Below, piece by piece: positions 50,995 to 63,345 of a DNA stretch of 64,000 nt. The DNA is taken from assembly GCA_951406725.2 (NCBI GenBank), contig OX597827.1, positions 78,058,001 through 78,122,000 of the forward strand, given 5' to 3'. Position numbers and translations under genes: made by a program. Numbering within the stretch: position 1 is the stretch's first letter; every line of letters starts with the position of its first letter. The notes beneath the pieces were generated by a model, which saw nothing but the letters and a program-made list of their open reading frames with translations, was not told the origin of the DNA and searched no databases. This DNA comes from Octopus vulgaris. Its lineage: Eukaryota.

Positions 50995-53900
50995 ATTATT
51001 ATTTATTTATATTAAGGCTGCAGACTGCCAGAAATGTGAGCATGCTGAACCAAATGCTGAGCATTTTGTCTGCCCCTACGTTCTTAGTTTAAATGCTGCC
51101 AAGGTTGACTTTACCTTTCATCTTTTTGGGGTCGATAAAATAAGTACCAGTGAAACACTGGGGTCGGCGTAATCAACGAGTCCCCTCCCCCAAAATTGCT
51201 GGCCTTGTGCCAAAATTTGAAACCATTAAAAGTGGCAAGCTTGGCAGAATCCTTAGCATGCTGGACAAAATGCTTAGCAATATTTTGCCTGCCGCTACAT
51301 TCTGAGTTCAAATTCCACTGAGGTCGACTTCGCCTTTCATTCTTTTGGGGATCAATAAATTAAGTACCAGTTAAACTCTGGGGTTGATGTAATCAACTAT
51401 CACCTTCCCCTGGTATTTCAGGCTTTCTGCATATAGTAGAAAGGATTATTATTATTATTTATACTCTCTCTTTTACTTGTATCAGTCATTTGACTGCGGT
51501 CATGCTGGAGCACCGCCTTTAGTCGAGCAAATCGACCCCAGGACTTATTCTTTGTAAGCCCAGTGCTTATTCTATCGGTCTCTTTTGCCGAACCGCTAAG
51601 TGACGGAGACGTAAACACACCAGCATCGGTTGTCAAGCAATGCTAGGGGGACAAACACAGACACACACGTAGTATTTTTCCCAGTTTTTTACACTCAGTT
51701 GAAGTCCTGTCTCGGTCAGCTTTGCCTTTCATCTTCCCACGGTTGATATAAAGTGCCTTTAGAGTACTGGGTCGATGCTTTGTGCTAACCCCTTCCCCCC
51801 TAAACTTGTTGGCCTTGTCCCTTAATCAAAAGCCATTCTTAAGGGCAACATTCTGGCAGAATCGTTGGACAAATTGCTTAACAGTTCCACCGACTCTCTA
51901 GATTCTCACTTCAAATGCACCTTGTAGCCAAGGTGAACATGTCCGTCATGCTGTTTGGGGTTGGTAAACTAAAGAACCAGAGCCCAAGCAATCAACTTAG
52001 TCTTTCTCCCTAAATTGATTGGTTTCCTACCAAAACTGAGGGCCGTATTGCAGTCGTAGGGTCTCACTGAGCTGATCCTTCTGTGAAGCAAGGACAACTT
52101 CCATCACGGATGTTCAAGGGAAAGCCATGAACACCACAACATCCCTTTTTACTCACTTGTAGCTTCTGGATTTAATGTTTTCCTCTCCCTTGTTAATATT
52201 TCATGTTTTGCAGGTCTTCTCTTTCTTTTCTTCTTTTCTCTCTGCTTCCTTTCTCTCTCTTCCCTTTTTTCCTTTCTCTTTTTCTTTTCTCTCTCTTTCC
52301 TTTCTTTTTCTCTCTTTCTCTTCCCTTCCTTTCTCTCTTTCTCTCTCTTTCCTTTCTCTCTTTCTCTCTCTTCCCTTTCAGCCACATGTACCCTTAATGT
52401 AGTTCTCGGAGATTCAGTGTGACACAGAATACGACAAGGCAGACAACCCCTTTGAATTATTGGTATGACTCGTTTTTGCCATCCGAGAGAAATGAAGTGT
52501 TTCCCTCAAGAACACAACACATCGCCCAGTCCAGGAATTGAAACCACAATCTTACGACCATGAGTGCATCACTCTAAGCCACACACTTCCACATTTAATG
52601 GATAAATGTCTTCAAAACATGGGAAGAAAAGGTAGAATGAAGATAACTTGAAGTGAACCTGGAGGGAAATGGAAGTATTACCTGTAAGGAAGCCAGAACT
52701 CTACTGTTACCACGGAGATAACCATCTTTCGTACACAAACAAGATGTGGGTGGGGATTCTGTAATGTGAACAGAATTCTTACCTTGTCGCAAATGATGGA
52801 CACACAGTTGTGTCACATTCTGAATAAAGTAAAACTATTCTGCCGATTGGCAAGAACTATTTGAAACGAGAAGTCGATGATTCTTACGAATTCCCAGCAG
52901 TCTCCCGACAGGTTATTGACAGTTATTGAAGTGAACTGGTCTGCGAAACGGAGCGGGGGAATTGTGAAGTTCAGCAAAGATGATGTTTGGAATAACTGGA
53001 CAAGTTTGACAACGGGTACGGAACGCATAAAAGATCTTGCTTGGATGTATGTGAGAAGGAAGTGTGGATCAGTGAGTTAATCAGATTTACTAGCATATTT
53101 AAGAGGAAGGTGAGAGCATCAGGAGAGAGAGATAAAGGTGATTGGGAGAAGTGAATAGGAAGAGTCTTGGTAAGGTGGGGAGGGGTCGGTTAAGTGTGGA
53201 AGGATTCAAAGGCATCCGTCTTATTTTACAGAGTCCCCATCGTTTAACTTATTTACACACGGGGCAAAATCGATATTCATTTTTTATTTGCAAGATACAC
53301 ACGAAAACTAGCAATTAATCTGCACACACAAATATATAGAGAGGATTTGTGTGCTGTGGTAAGCATCAACATTTACATTCATTGTGAAGTGTGCAAAGGC
53401 CTGTTGTTATATGTGTGTGCATACATACAAACACACACATTCATTTGTAGAATATAAGGGGTTTAATTTCCTTGTGATCTAAATGAATAGGTATGCTGAG
53501 TAAGTGCTATAGTTGGTCAACCATTAGGTTCCAAGATTACAGCTAAAGCTGTATCTATGGATCTGTATTGGGGTTCCGTTCTAAGAGGGATATATTGATA
53601 CTAGAGGGAAAATCAACACCAGGCAGAACGAGTATCTCAAGTCATTTAGAATAATTTAATTAGGGTAAGGTGAATTCAAAGCCTTACAGCCGTTTTAGAT
53701 GGGGAAGATTTACAGTTTGTAGGGAATAAAATAAAAGAATAAAGAGTAAAAGTAGTTAGAAGAATAATGTTCACAACTCATCTTTTTCCAGAGGATATGG
53801 ATGCTGGTCGGTACTTCCAGGCAGTATTCAGAATAATGAATTCATATTGTAAATGTGTGTATATAGAGTGAGAAAGTATGATGGACATAGATGGGTTTTG

Positions 53901-55349
53901 TGTTTGGGTGTCAGAGAGAGAGAGATAGGAGAAAGGATTAGAAAATAAGATGGGTAAAAGGGAAAAAGAAGAATATTCAGTTCATCTGGCGCCTATTTGT
54001 GAAAGTTCTTTTTTATTTTTCATTAGTTTACATCCTATTTTCCATTTGAAATTGTATGGCCATGTGGTTAAAGGGTGTTGCTTGCATGATGGTGTGGTAG
54101 TTGGCTTGAATCCCATGCCGTATTTTGTTGTTCTTGTCCATTCAACTATAGATAAGTTCCGGCAATAAACTGGCAGTTAATCCTGCGATGAACCAGCATC
54201 AGGGTAGCTTCAGGAAGTGAGACTGTCATAACCCCAGTCAATTAGGCCCATGGAAACATGGTTAAGCTCTGACCTTAAGAGTCCTGGAGTTCAGGACAGA
54301 ATGAGATCTAAGTAATGTTGATTAAATGCAGACCAACTCAAGAGTGGTCAGCATTTAGTTCTTCTTCGCCCACTCAAGTTCTTTTGGTTTCCCTTCAATA
54401 ACGGTTCCGTTTTGTGTTGTCATTCGCTGGTGATTGTCTGTGATCTTCCTCATCTTCAACACTTAGGTTTTTTTCTACAAAACCTTTACAAGTAATTTTG
54501 TGCTGGATGTTTATCGATGACCACCACCCCAGCCTGAGACGATTGGGCGGAGTCGTTTGGACGCTGAGGATTTGGCATGGCTGACAGGATATTCTGCTTT
54601 TTTGAGTTACAGTGGTTTTTGGCGCTAGAAGCAAACACACATACAAATACACACACACACAGAAATATACACAGACTGGCGGCGAGCTGGCAGAAACGTT
54701 AGCACGCCAGGCGAAATGCTTAGCGGTATTTCGTCTGCCGTTATGTTCTGAGTTCAAATTTCGCCGAGGTCAACTTTGCCTTTCATCCTTTTGGGGTCGA
54801 TAAATTAAGTACCAGTTACGCACTGGGGTCGTAATCCGTTTGTCTGTCCCTGTTTGTCTCCTCTGTGTGTAGCCCCTTTTGGGTAGTAAAGAAATAAGAT
54901 AGATAGGGAAAGAGAGACATAACAGTTTATTAATTGAACACGATTAATATAAAGACTCTTTCCTTCCCCTCATACACACAGAGAAATATGTTCACATACA
55001 TAAACAGAGAGAGAGAGAGAGGAGGGGGAGACAGATAGAGATTGAGAGAGAGAGAAGGAAAGAAACATTAAAACGTTTGATGCCAAATAGTGAGCATAGA
55101 ATCAGCGACGCCAGAACGTCTCTTGCACCCATTCGGTCAAATACTTGATTGGGTTCTTATTGGTGGGGGTGGCGGTTTACTGCTGCTTTGATTGCCGAAA
55201 TTTGCTATTTTCTTCATCTTTTATTTGGCTCCTGAAGTAAGAATGAACAGGTGAAAAACTTCCAAATGGTCTGTCGCAGGAAAAATGGTGACGTTTAAAA
55301 TGTATGTATGTGTAAACAACATGTATAATATATATATATATATATTAAT

Positions 55350-55600
55350 AGAAGTGGTAAGACAACAAAAGAATGAAAGAGACCTCGATATTATGGACGC
55401 CTACAACATCGATCATTCTATGAAAAACATACCTATTCTATCAAGGGAACTATACTCTAAGAAACTTTTGGAGAAAATTACAGACCTTATTAAGCCAGCA
55501 ATTTTTCGATGGCCGGATAACTGAAGAGATGGCGGCGTGGATTTCCGCCCCGACATCCAAAACTCCGAGTTTTATCATGGCTACCGAATAAATTGTCACA
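55350..55600 (+). mobile_element. Penelope-like element fragment (ORF N-terminus plus decayed hammerhead)
   Basis: 55393-55494 translates MDAYNIDHSMKNIPILSRELYSKKLLEKITDLIK, resembling the SxKNIP...YxKxLxEK N-terminus of Penelope-like RT ORFs; begins at (TA)n; hammerhead-like motif at 55516-55576. Confidence 0.65.
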
Positions 55601-55609
55601 TATTATACT

Positions 55610-55772
55610 CACAGGAGCGGCTGTGTGGTAAGTAGCTTGTTTACCAACCACTTGGTTCCGGGTTCAGTCCCACTGCGTGGCACCTTGGGCAAGTGTCTTC
55701 TACTATAACCTCGGGCTGACCAATGCCTTGTGAGTGGATTTGGTAGACGGAAACTGAAAGAAGCCCGTCGTA

Positions 55773-55836
<64 letters not shown>

Positions 55837-56033
55837 TGTGTATGTTTGTGTGTCTGTGTTTGTCCCCCTAGCATTGCTGGTGTGTTTACGTCCCCGTCAC
55901 TTAGCGGTTCGGCAAAAGAGACCGATAGAATAAGTACTGGGCTTACAAAAGAATAAGTCCCGGGGTCGAGTTGCTCGATTAAAGGCAGTGCTCCAGCATG
56001 GCCGCAGTCAAATGACTGAAACAAATAAAAGAG
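55610..56033 (+). mobile_element. SINE family A, best-preserved copy
   Basis: tRNA-like head, CCTTGGGCAAGTGTCTT CORE-like domain, (TA)n/(TG)n middle and GCTCCAGCATGGCCGCAGTCAAATGACTGAAAC tail. Confidence 0.9.
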
Positions 56034-56459
56034 TAATATATATGACATAGATAGATAGACAGATAGATAGATAGATGCAGAGGGTAATTCCCCGTAGTTG
56101 AAACAAGTGGGGTAGTAATAATACTGTCATTTGCACAACGGACCGTCTGCTCTTGAGGTAATGTCAGCCTAAGGGAGATAACTCTGCAATCTCTTCACAC
56201 TCAGGGCCTCCAAATGTTGCTCTCTTAAAGGTAACAGGACGATGTCTTCCCTGAGTGTTAGAAAGAAAAGTATTCAATCGCTTTTTGTTTTGTTTTTCTT
56301 ACTGCTGGCTAATACTTTTATTATACATTCACACTCATTATATGTATATGTATATAAATGTGTGTATGCGCGCGATCGTGTGTATGTGTGTATTTGAAAG
56401 GTTGTTTGTTATAGACCGGCTATAACAAATAATGACCATTTAGCTGTGTTGCCGACTCA

Positions 56460-56528
<69 letters not shown>

Positions 56529-57148
56529 ATGTGTACATACACACACACACACGCACGCATATATATATGTATGTATATATATATATACATACATATATAG
56601 ATACATACATATGTGTGTGTTTGGCGCGAACACGATCTCAGTAAGATGGTTGCTCAATAGATAGATAGCATTTCCTTTCCTCTAATTTGTAAAAACAAAC
56701 ATTTAATTGCACACAGCTTTTTCTAATTGCGCGCGCACACACACAGCCTGTTACACTGTGTTTGAACTCCTTGAAAAACGTGTTATCCATTATTTTATTA
56801 GAATCAAACAATGATTCATAGAATTATATTCTGTATCTTTTTCTTTCAAAATTTGCAGCTTCTAAACAATTTTCTCTTTTTTTAACTTTCATTACAAAGG
56901 GCACCAGGAATGTTTTTCTTTGATCCGCAGTGCACTTGGAGGTGAAAAAAAATATTGACGATCATTGCTATAAAGAGTCCGAAACCAGAATAAATTCATT
57001 ATTGTATTCACACTTACTGAATTTCTCATCGCTTCTTTGGCATCTGGGATGAAAGCTATACTCTGCTGATAAGGTCTAATAAAAACCAAACATATCCAGA
57101 GTTACCTCCCATGCTTGCCGAACGCCAACATAAAAATAGACAAAGACT

Positions 57149-57185
<37 letters not shown>

Positions 57186-57624
57186 AATATAAGAGAGTGG
57201 TCACTATATGGCTCACTCTAGCACCAGTTAATCCAAAAGGTTTCAACCACAAAAATACATGTTTCCCATGAAAGTCAGTACGATTGTTAGCTCAAACGGA
57301 CAGGGCAAATAAAAAATAACAAAATACAGATTATTTTGGGACAATTGTTTCGCTATTAATGAATTAAATGTAATTTTACTTACAATAAAATCCACTTGTA
57401 GCTCTTCAGCCAAAACTATCTGGATGAAATCCACTCAATCACACGCCAGATTTTACCATAACGATAAATACGCGTGTGGTTCAATTGATTACATCCGACG
57501 TTATAATTCAAATGCCCCAACTAACAGCGCGCCAAACTTTCACGGAAAACAAATACAGCATGGCCACTTGGTGTAGAATAGATATACTATTAAATTAGTA
57601 TCTAATTCTCTCACCCTTATTAAT

Positions 57625-57662
<38 letters not shown>

Positions 57663-57691
57663 AACATATATATATATATATATATATATAT

Positions 57692-58066
57692 AAGTTCAGC
57701 AAAATTTAGATTCAAATGAATATGGTACTTAAGTCAGATGCACCAGAATATTGTACGGTGTTATCCATATAAATCCATACATATATATATATATATATAT
57801 ATAAGTTCAGCAAAATTTAGATTCAAATGAATATGGTACTTAAGTCAGATGCACCAGAATATTGTACGGTGTTATCCATATAAATCCAAGGGGTGATGAT
57901 AATCAAAGTAAGCAACGAGAATATCTTCGGTAATTTGGTACGATCGTTTCACGCTGATGATTGCTCAACATTTTAAAACTGATGTAATACTTACAATGTT
58001 TAATAAAATGATGTAGCGTGAAACGATCGTACCAAATTACCGAAGATATTCTTGTTGCTTACTTTG
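57692..58066. repeat. 86-bp direct duplication (57692-57777, 57803-57888) followed by a 52-bp-arm inverted repeat (57904-57955, 58015-58066), bounded by (TA)n
   Basis: Directly visible; the inverted arms differ by one base. Confidence 0.9.
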
Positions 58067-58285
58067 GATATATATATAATATAATAAATAAAACATATGC
58101 ATATATACATACATATATGTACATACTTACATCTATATGTATATATACATGCATATATGAGTACAGGACACCACAAATAAACATAGAACACAACGCGAAA
58201 CGAAAACAAAATCAAACAAGGAAACGGACTTTTTTAACAACGAAAAAACAGAGTACAGGACAAACAATACAAGGAAAATTACCCT

Positions 58286-58330
<45 letters not shown>

Positions 58331-60344
58331 TTATTTCTTAACGTTGTTTCGTGTTAACATGTTTAATGCCGCCGACTTTCATTGTATGAACTCTATCTCG
58401 ACTAATATATTTCTCGGGTTTATCAGAAGATGAAAGTGAAAAATGTTTTCATAAATGTTAGTTGTCGCAAATAGAACATATGAGCCATAGTGTACACATT
58501 TCTCTGCATTGGCTGTCTTTTATGGGGAACAGAAATATTTCAAACACTACGTAAATTATTGAAGTAATACCAGGAGAAGAAAGAAATCCTGAAAAGTTGG
58601 AGAGGGTATATTATTTCTTCAAAGCAAATTGCCGTTCATTATCATCTAAATTTAATTATTATCCTTGTTGGTTAAAAAAAAAAAGATATTATATCGATGG
58701 ATTTGTAGATCGAATGTAATCGATATTTTTTTAAATATATTTTCTTGTCCAATATGTATTGATATTATTGATTTTCCGAAAATTGTTGATTAGCTTGCGA
58801 TTTAGATAATACTCCCTGACGAACCAAAGGGAGGCTTGTACGTGCTTGCTCGAGCTGCTAGACATAGTAGCTTAATTACACTATACTACTTTAAGGGGCA
58901 GGGGAAAAAAATAACATTTGGAAAACTTAGATGTAGATTCTTTGTGTCTTCGTGAAGCATATGATGGTCTCGGATGGAAGGCTGTTGATCATACACTTAC
59001 TCAATCAGCGCTGATCCGGGGCTAAACAATATATTTAAGCAAGAGACATGTTCGAAAGGGCTTACATTTTTATCATCCCTTTTCCTCAGTTGTAAGATGG
59101 TGAAAGATGAGTGTGTGGAAAGGTGATTTTCATCGAAGAATTTGATGTCTGTCCCGTCTAATTTGTATTCGACTCATATGTCAACTAAGAAATGGTTAAC
59201 TGATCACCTTTCTTTCTTTCTCTATATTCTCCAACTGAGATGTACCCCCCTCAATAAATGAACCCCATTCACGTAAGGACAGGTAAATTAACCTTTTCAC
59301 TAAATATAAATAAACATGTTTTAAAACAATAAACTTCTTTTTCTGTGGTGAAAGAGAAATGATGACTGAATAAAGGACAAAACAAAACAAAAGTGTTGTA
59401 TTTTTTATTGTCTCTCATTTTCTCAGACAAATGCCAGAAACAATTCCTCATCCCATGACTTCTTTCATTTCAAAGGTTTTTCTTGATTTTTTTACCTTCT
59501 TTTTTGTTCTTTGCTTTTTTATCAATAAAATCACGAGAGAGTTACACAATGTCCAAGGGAGGCAACTGCAATAATTTTCGTCTTCTAGGAATGGTAGAAG
59601 TCACGTGACAAACACGGCAGGACTTGGTAAAGCGTTGTTGCCGATATCCTCGAACATGGAGCATACGAAGAATGGGAGAAAAGAAAGAGGAAAAGCATTT
59701 CATGGCAAATTCTTTGGATTCTAATTGTAGTTCAATTATTCTATACGTTGCCGTTGTTTTTTCCACGGTTTTAGTTGTATTTTTCTGAATAAAATAAACT
59801 TTTGCATTGTATTTGAGTGTGAGAGTATGCGTATAGATGTGTAACAGCGTGTAAAGTAGTGTATGTGAATGTGTTTCAATCATTCTTGTATCTGTGCGTG
59901 TGTGTGTGTGTGCATAAGCTAATGCTTATGTGACTGCCAGTGTTTCATTAATTGTGTGTGTACATAAAATGTGTTTTATTGAAATACAAAACAAAAGTCG
60001 ATTAATTCGCAGCCTCACCAAACGAAAACAATGCCTGCTAACGTCGACACGAAGCCACATTGTGCAGATGAGTGCCAAGTATAATCAATTAGATCGATTC
60101 AAAGTGCTTGATTGGTACTTACAGTATTGATCTTAAAATGGTTTGGATGCAGAATAAATAAACAGAGACGTTACTAAAGGCTGGCAGGCATTTTGTCCTT
60201 TGGTAGACATTCTGCCGATCAGAATGCATACACGCATGCACTCACTCGCTCACTCACACGAAACGTTTCGAGTCGTAACAGAGTTTTACGGTACCGATTA
60301 TCCAAACAACTGAAGTCTGAGACTGAGATGGCATTATGCACTTT

Positions 60345-60715
60345 TCTACTCTAGGCACAAGCCCCGAGGAGGCCAGTCGCTTAGATCGACCTCAGTACGC
60401 AACTGGTACTAAATTTATTGACCCCGAAAGGATGAAAGGTAAAGTCGTCTTGGGCGGAATTTGAACTCAGAACGTAAAGACAGACGAAATACCTATTTCT
60501 TTACAATCCACAAGAGGCTAAACATAGAGAGGACAGACAAACGGATTAAGTCAATTATATCGACCCCAGTGCGTAACTGGTACTTATTTAATCGACCTCG
60601 AAAGTATGAAAGGCAAAGTCGACCTCGGCGGAATTTGAACTCAGAACGTAGCGGCAGACGAAATACCACAAAGCTTTTCGCCTGGCGTGCTAACGTTTCT
60701 GCCAGCTCGCCGCCT
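60345..60715 (-). mobile_element. Dimeric SINE family B
   Basis: Reverse-complement match to 9621-10012. Confidence 0.85.
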
Positions 60716-61089
60716 TACTAGGATGGCATTATATTGGCAAAATTATTCACAAACAAGAAGAACGTGGGTGTTTATGGATTATAAAAAAGTGTAAAAAATT
60801 ATTATAAATAAATAAATAAAACACACAAATAAAAATATTTTATTTATTGATAATATTTATGATTCCTGGCCTTTGTTCAATTAGTCTTTTCATCGATTGT
60901 ACCCACAAGGAATGTGAACTGTCAAAGAGACCAACTGAACGAAATTGCTCTTTAGAAATAGATTCCTGTTGGCTTGACATGTGAATTAATAGATTTCTCA
61001 CAAGAATCTATATACAATCTCCAGCTGCCTGCCTCTCTCCCTCTCCTCTCTCAGTCTCCCTCCTCTCTCTCTCTCTCTCAATCCATCTG

Positions 61090-61126
<37 letters not shown>

Positions 61127-61404
61127 ATATATATATATATATATATAAGGGATGAGCTGGCAGAATCGTTAGCACGCCAGACAAAATATTTTAATGGCGG
61201 TGCCCCAGCATGGCCACAGCTCGTGAGCTGAAACTAGATAAAATAAAATTTAAAAAATAAAGTATATATATATTGATAAAATAAGAAAATAGAACGAACA
61301 GGTTTTAATCACAAATCGCAACAATTGTTTCTGTGCATTGGTAACAGCTGTTAGTTGCTGAGGTTCCCAAATCATAATGCTACATAAAATATCATATAAA
61401 TAAA

Positions 61405-61574
61405 ATGTACATTATTTACACTATTTACGTTATTTACATTTGACAGATATTTGTTCTCATCTTGTTTGTTGTTAACACAACGTTTCGGCTGATATACCCT
61501 CCAGCTTTCATCAGGTGTCTTGGGGAAATTTTGAACCTGGGTTCTCATTCCTAAGGTATTTTGCCAATGTTGTT
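61405..61574 (-). mobile_element. Family H element body with hammerhead motif at 61474-61519
   Basis: Minus strand GACAC-CTGATGA-A-AGCTG...CAGCC-GAAA-CGT-T-GTGTT; homologous to 4340-4495. Confidence 0.75.
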
Positions 61575-61575
61575 A

Positions 61576-62763
61576 CAGTGATCCCTCGTTTATCATGGTA
61601 GATTGGTTCTGAGACCGGCCGCGATAACTGAATTTCCACGAAGTAGGGACACCATATTTACAGTATTTATTTAACGTGTATTTGGACTTTTAAAACCCTC
61701 CCTGTACTGTTAATAACCCACCCATTATAGTAGTCTGTTAATAATGAGGACAACTGTTAAGCAATAACACTTTAGATTTAAGAAAATAAAGATTGTTACT
61801 GTACTCAACACGAAAGAAGTTGAAGTAAAATTTGAATGATGATGGTGATGAATTTGCTGCGCAGTAGAAATGATGATGATGAAGCTGACAGTGGTGCCCT
61901 TTCCTGGGACACCTCGTCCCTTTCTTCCGAAAGTGCAGCCGTAGTATTAGCAGCAGGAACTGGCTCTTTTTCGCGAGGCTGCAAAAACGTTGTGATAGGA
62001 AGTTGCTGCCGCTGCTTCTTTTTCCGTTCAAAGAGCATCTTGTAGGGATTCATGACTTCGTCGACCTTGTGGCAAAATTGCACAGAACGAACCATATCGT
62101 CGTCCCATTCCTGTGATACTGCTTTCAATTCTTTAACCAGGTTGCAGAGCTTGGCCAACCGTTCCAAAGTCAAGCCACTTTGGTCGACAACTTCTTCCGT
62201 TTCTTGCTGTGTTTCTTCTTCTTCTTCACTGGCCAACTTCATCAAATCTTCGAGGTCTGCATTGGTCAGCGGCTGGGAGTGGCAGTGTAATAACGCATTA
62301 GAAGAAGCAGCACGCTTCCAGCCTTGGAAGAAACAGCATGCTTGGGAGCCTTTGTAGGGGATGAAAACGCAAAGTCCAACACAGAGAAGCAAAAAACAAC
62401 ACACACACAGCACAGCATAAAGTTGTACAGTAAAGCTTGAAGCAAAATGGCTGTGAGAGAGAGACAAGTGAAGATGCTGCGCATCTGAGCATTGGTCAAA
62501 GCACCAATCACAGGTCAGATTACAAAACAGAAAGCTGTGATTCATCGTCTCTCTCCATTGCACCAATCACAACCTGTCTTAAGTTCAAATACCTCTGTAT
62601 ATGCTTTTTGGCTATTTTACGCTTGTTTTCTTGTTTCTAGACTTGGAAATAATGTTTATTATTAATATTTTAATGGATTTAATGAAAAATTTTAGGTGTT
62701 CGTATATATTTTAAAAATGTGCGAAGTCATGAATCTGCAATAGTTGAACCATGAAGTAGCGAG

Positions 62764-62772
<9 letters not shown>
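61576..62772 (-). mobile_element. Internally deleted Tigger/pogo DNA transposon
   Basis: TA plus CAGTGATCCCTCG terminus; the other terminus CGAGGGAT is eroded into (GAT)n; minus strand retains a Tigger-transposase-like C-terminus (HSQPLTNADLEDL...LTLERLAKL...WDDDMVRS...YKMLFERKKKQRQQLPITTFL). Confidence 0.8.
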
Positions 62773-62802
<30 letters not shown>

Positions 62803-62957
62803 GGATGACAATGATGATGATGATGAGGATGACAATGATGATGATGATGATGATGATGAGGATGACAATGATGATGATGATGATGATGATGAGGATGACA
62901 ATGATGATGATGATGATGATGATGAGGATGACAATGATGATGATGATGATGACGATG
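62765..62957. repeat. Compound (GAT)n microsatellite with a higher-order GAGGATGACAAT(GAT)n unit
   Basis: Directly visible; five interrupted units. Confidence 0.9.
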
Positions 62958-63024
62958 GCCCTCTTGTCTTTGTTTAATTTAAATGTTATTCAACAATGTC
63001 TATCTCACCTCGGTATTCATCTTT

Positions 63025-63345
63025 GCTAGTAAGTTACTTAGCTAGTTAATTGGTCAATTAGTCATTTCTCTCTGTGCCACGAGGCACATGGGGGCCACAA
63101 CACAACCTCTCTAGCCAGCTCTGTCTTCTGCCACTGCTTTGGTCCCATTCCGGCTCCTCCACCCTTCTCGTCTCCTTCCCTTGTCAATGGTCCTTTGCCA
63201 TACACTTTCACGACACCCTGCCGCTCTTTCCCCCCTCAGGCCTCCACTTCAGTGCCACCATATAATCCCCTTCTTGATATTGCCTGAGGACATGTCCAAT
63301 CCACTTCCAGTGTCTGCAACTTATTTCATCACTGACCCACTTGAT
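63025..63345 (-). mobile_element. RTE-clade LINE 3' fragment
   Basis: Minus translation HWKWIGHVLR...ALKWRPEG...WQRTI...AEDRAG* matches the RTE ORF C-terminal motif. Confidence 0.8.

Larger units (their letters stand above)
47020..52040 (+). repeat. Head-to-tail array of about 14 degenerate family B SINE monomers separated by (ATT)n, with family A SINEs and MITEs inserted
   Basis: Recurrent GCTGGCAGAATCGTTAG...TTCTGAGTTCAAAT...GCCTTTCATCCTT..GGGTC.ATAAA...GGCCTTGTGCC units, all on the + strand. Confidence 0.8.

Noticed and set aside
47020-52040. Regularly recurring motifs resembling a CRISPR-like array
   Set aside because: Units are diverged, roughly 200-bp SINE monomers with no constant repeat and unique spacer structure; eukaryotic context and no cas genes
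53600-53800. Another Penelope-type hammerhead remnant (minus strand AAACGGCTGTAAGG)
   Set aside because: No recognisable CUGANGA core; too degenerate to call
61805-62566. 253-aa ORF as a domesticated Tigger-derived gene
   Set aside because: Only the C-terminal part is transposase-like; the HTH and DDE domains are deleted and the N-terminal part reads through the element's non-coding end
62744-62977. Poly-Asp acidic protein ORF
   Set aside because: (GAT)n microsatellite at a transposon end
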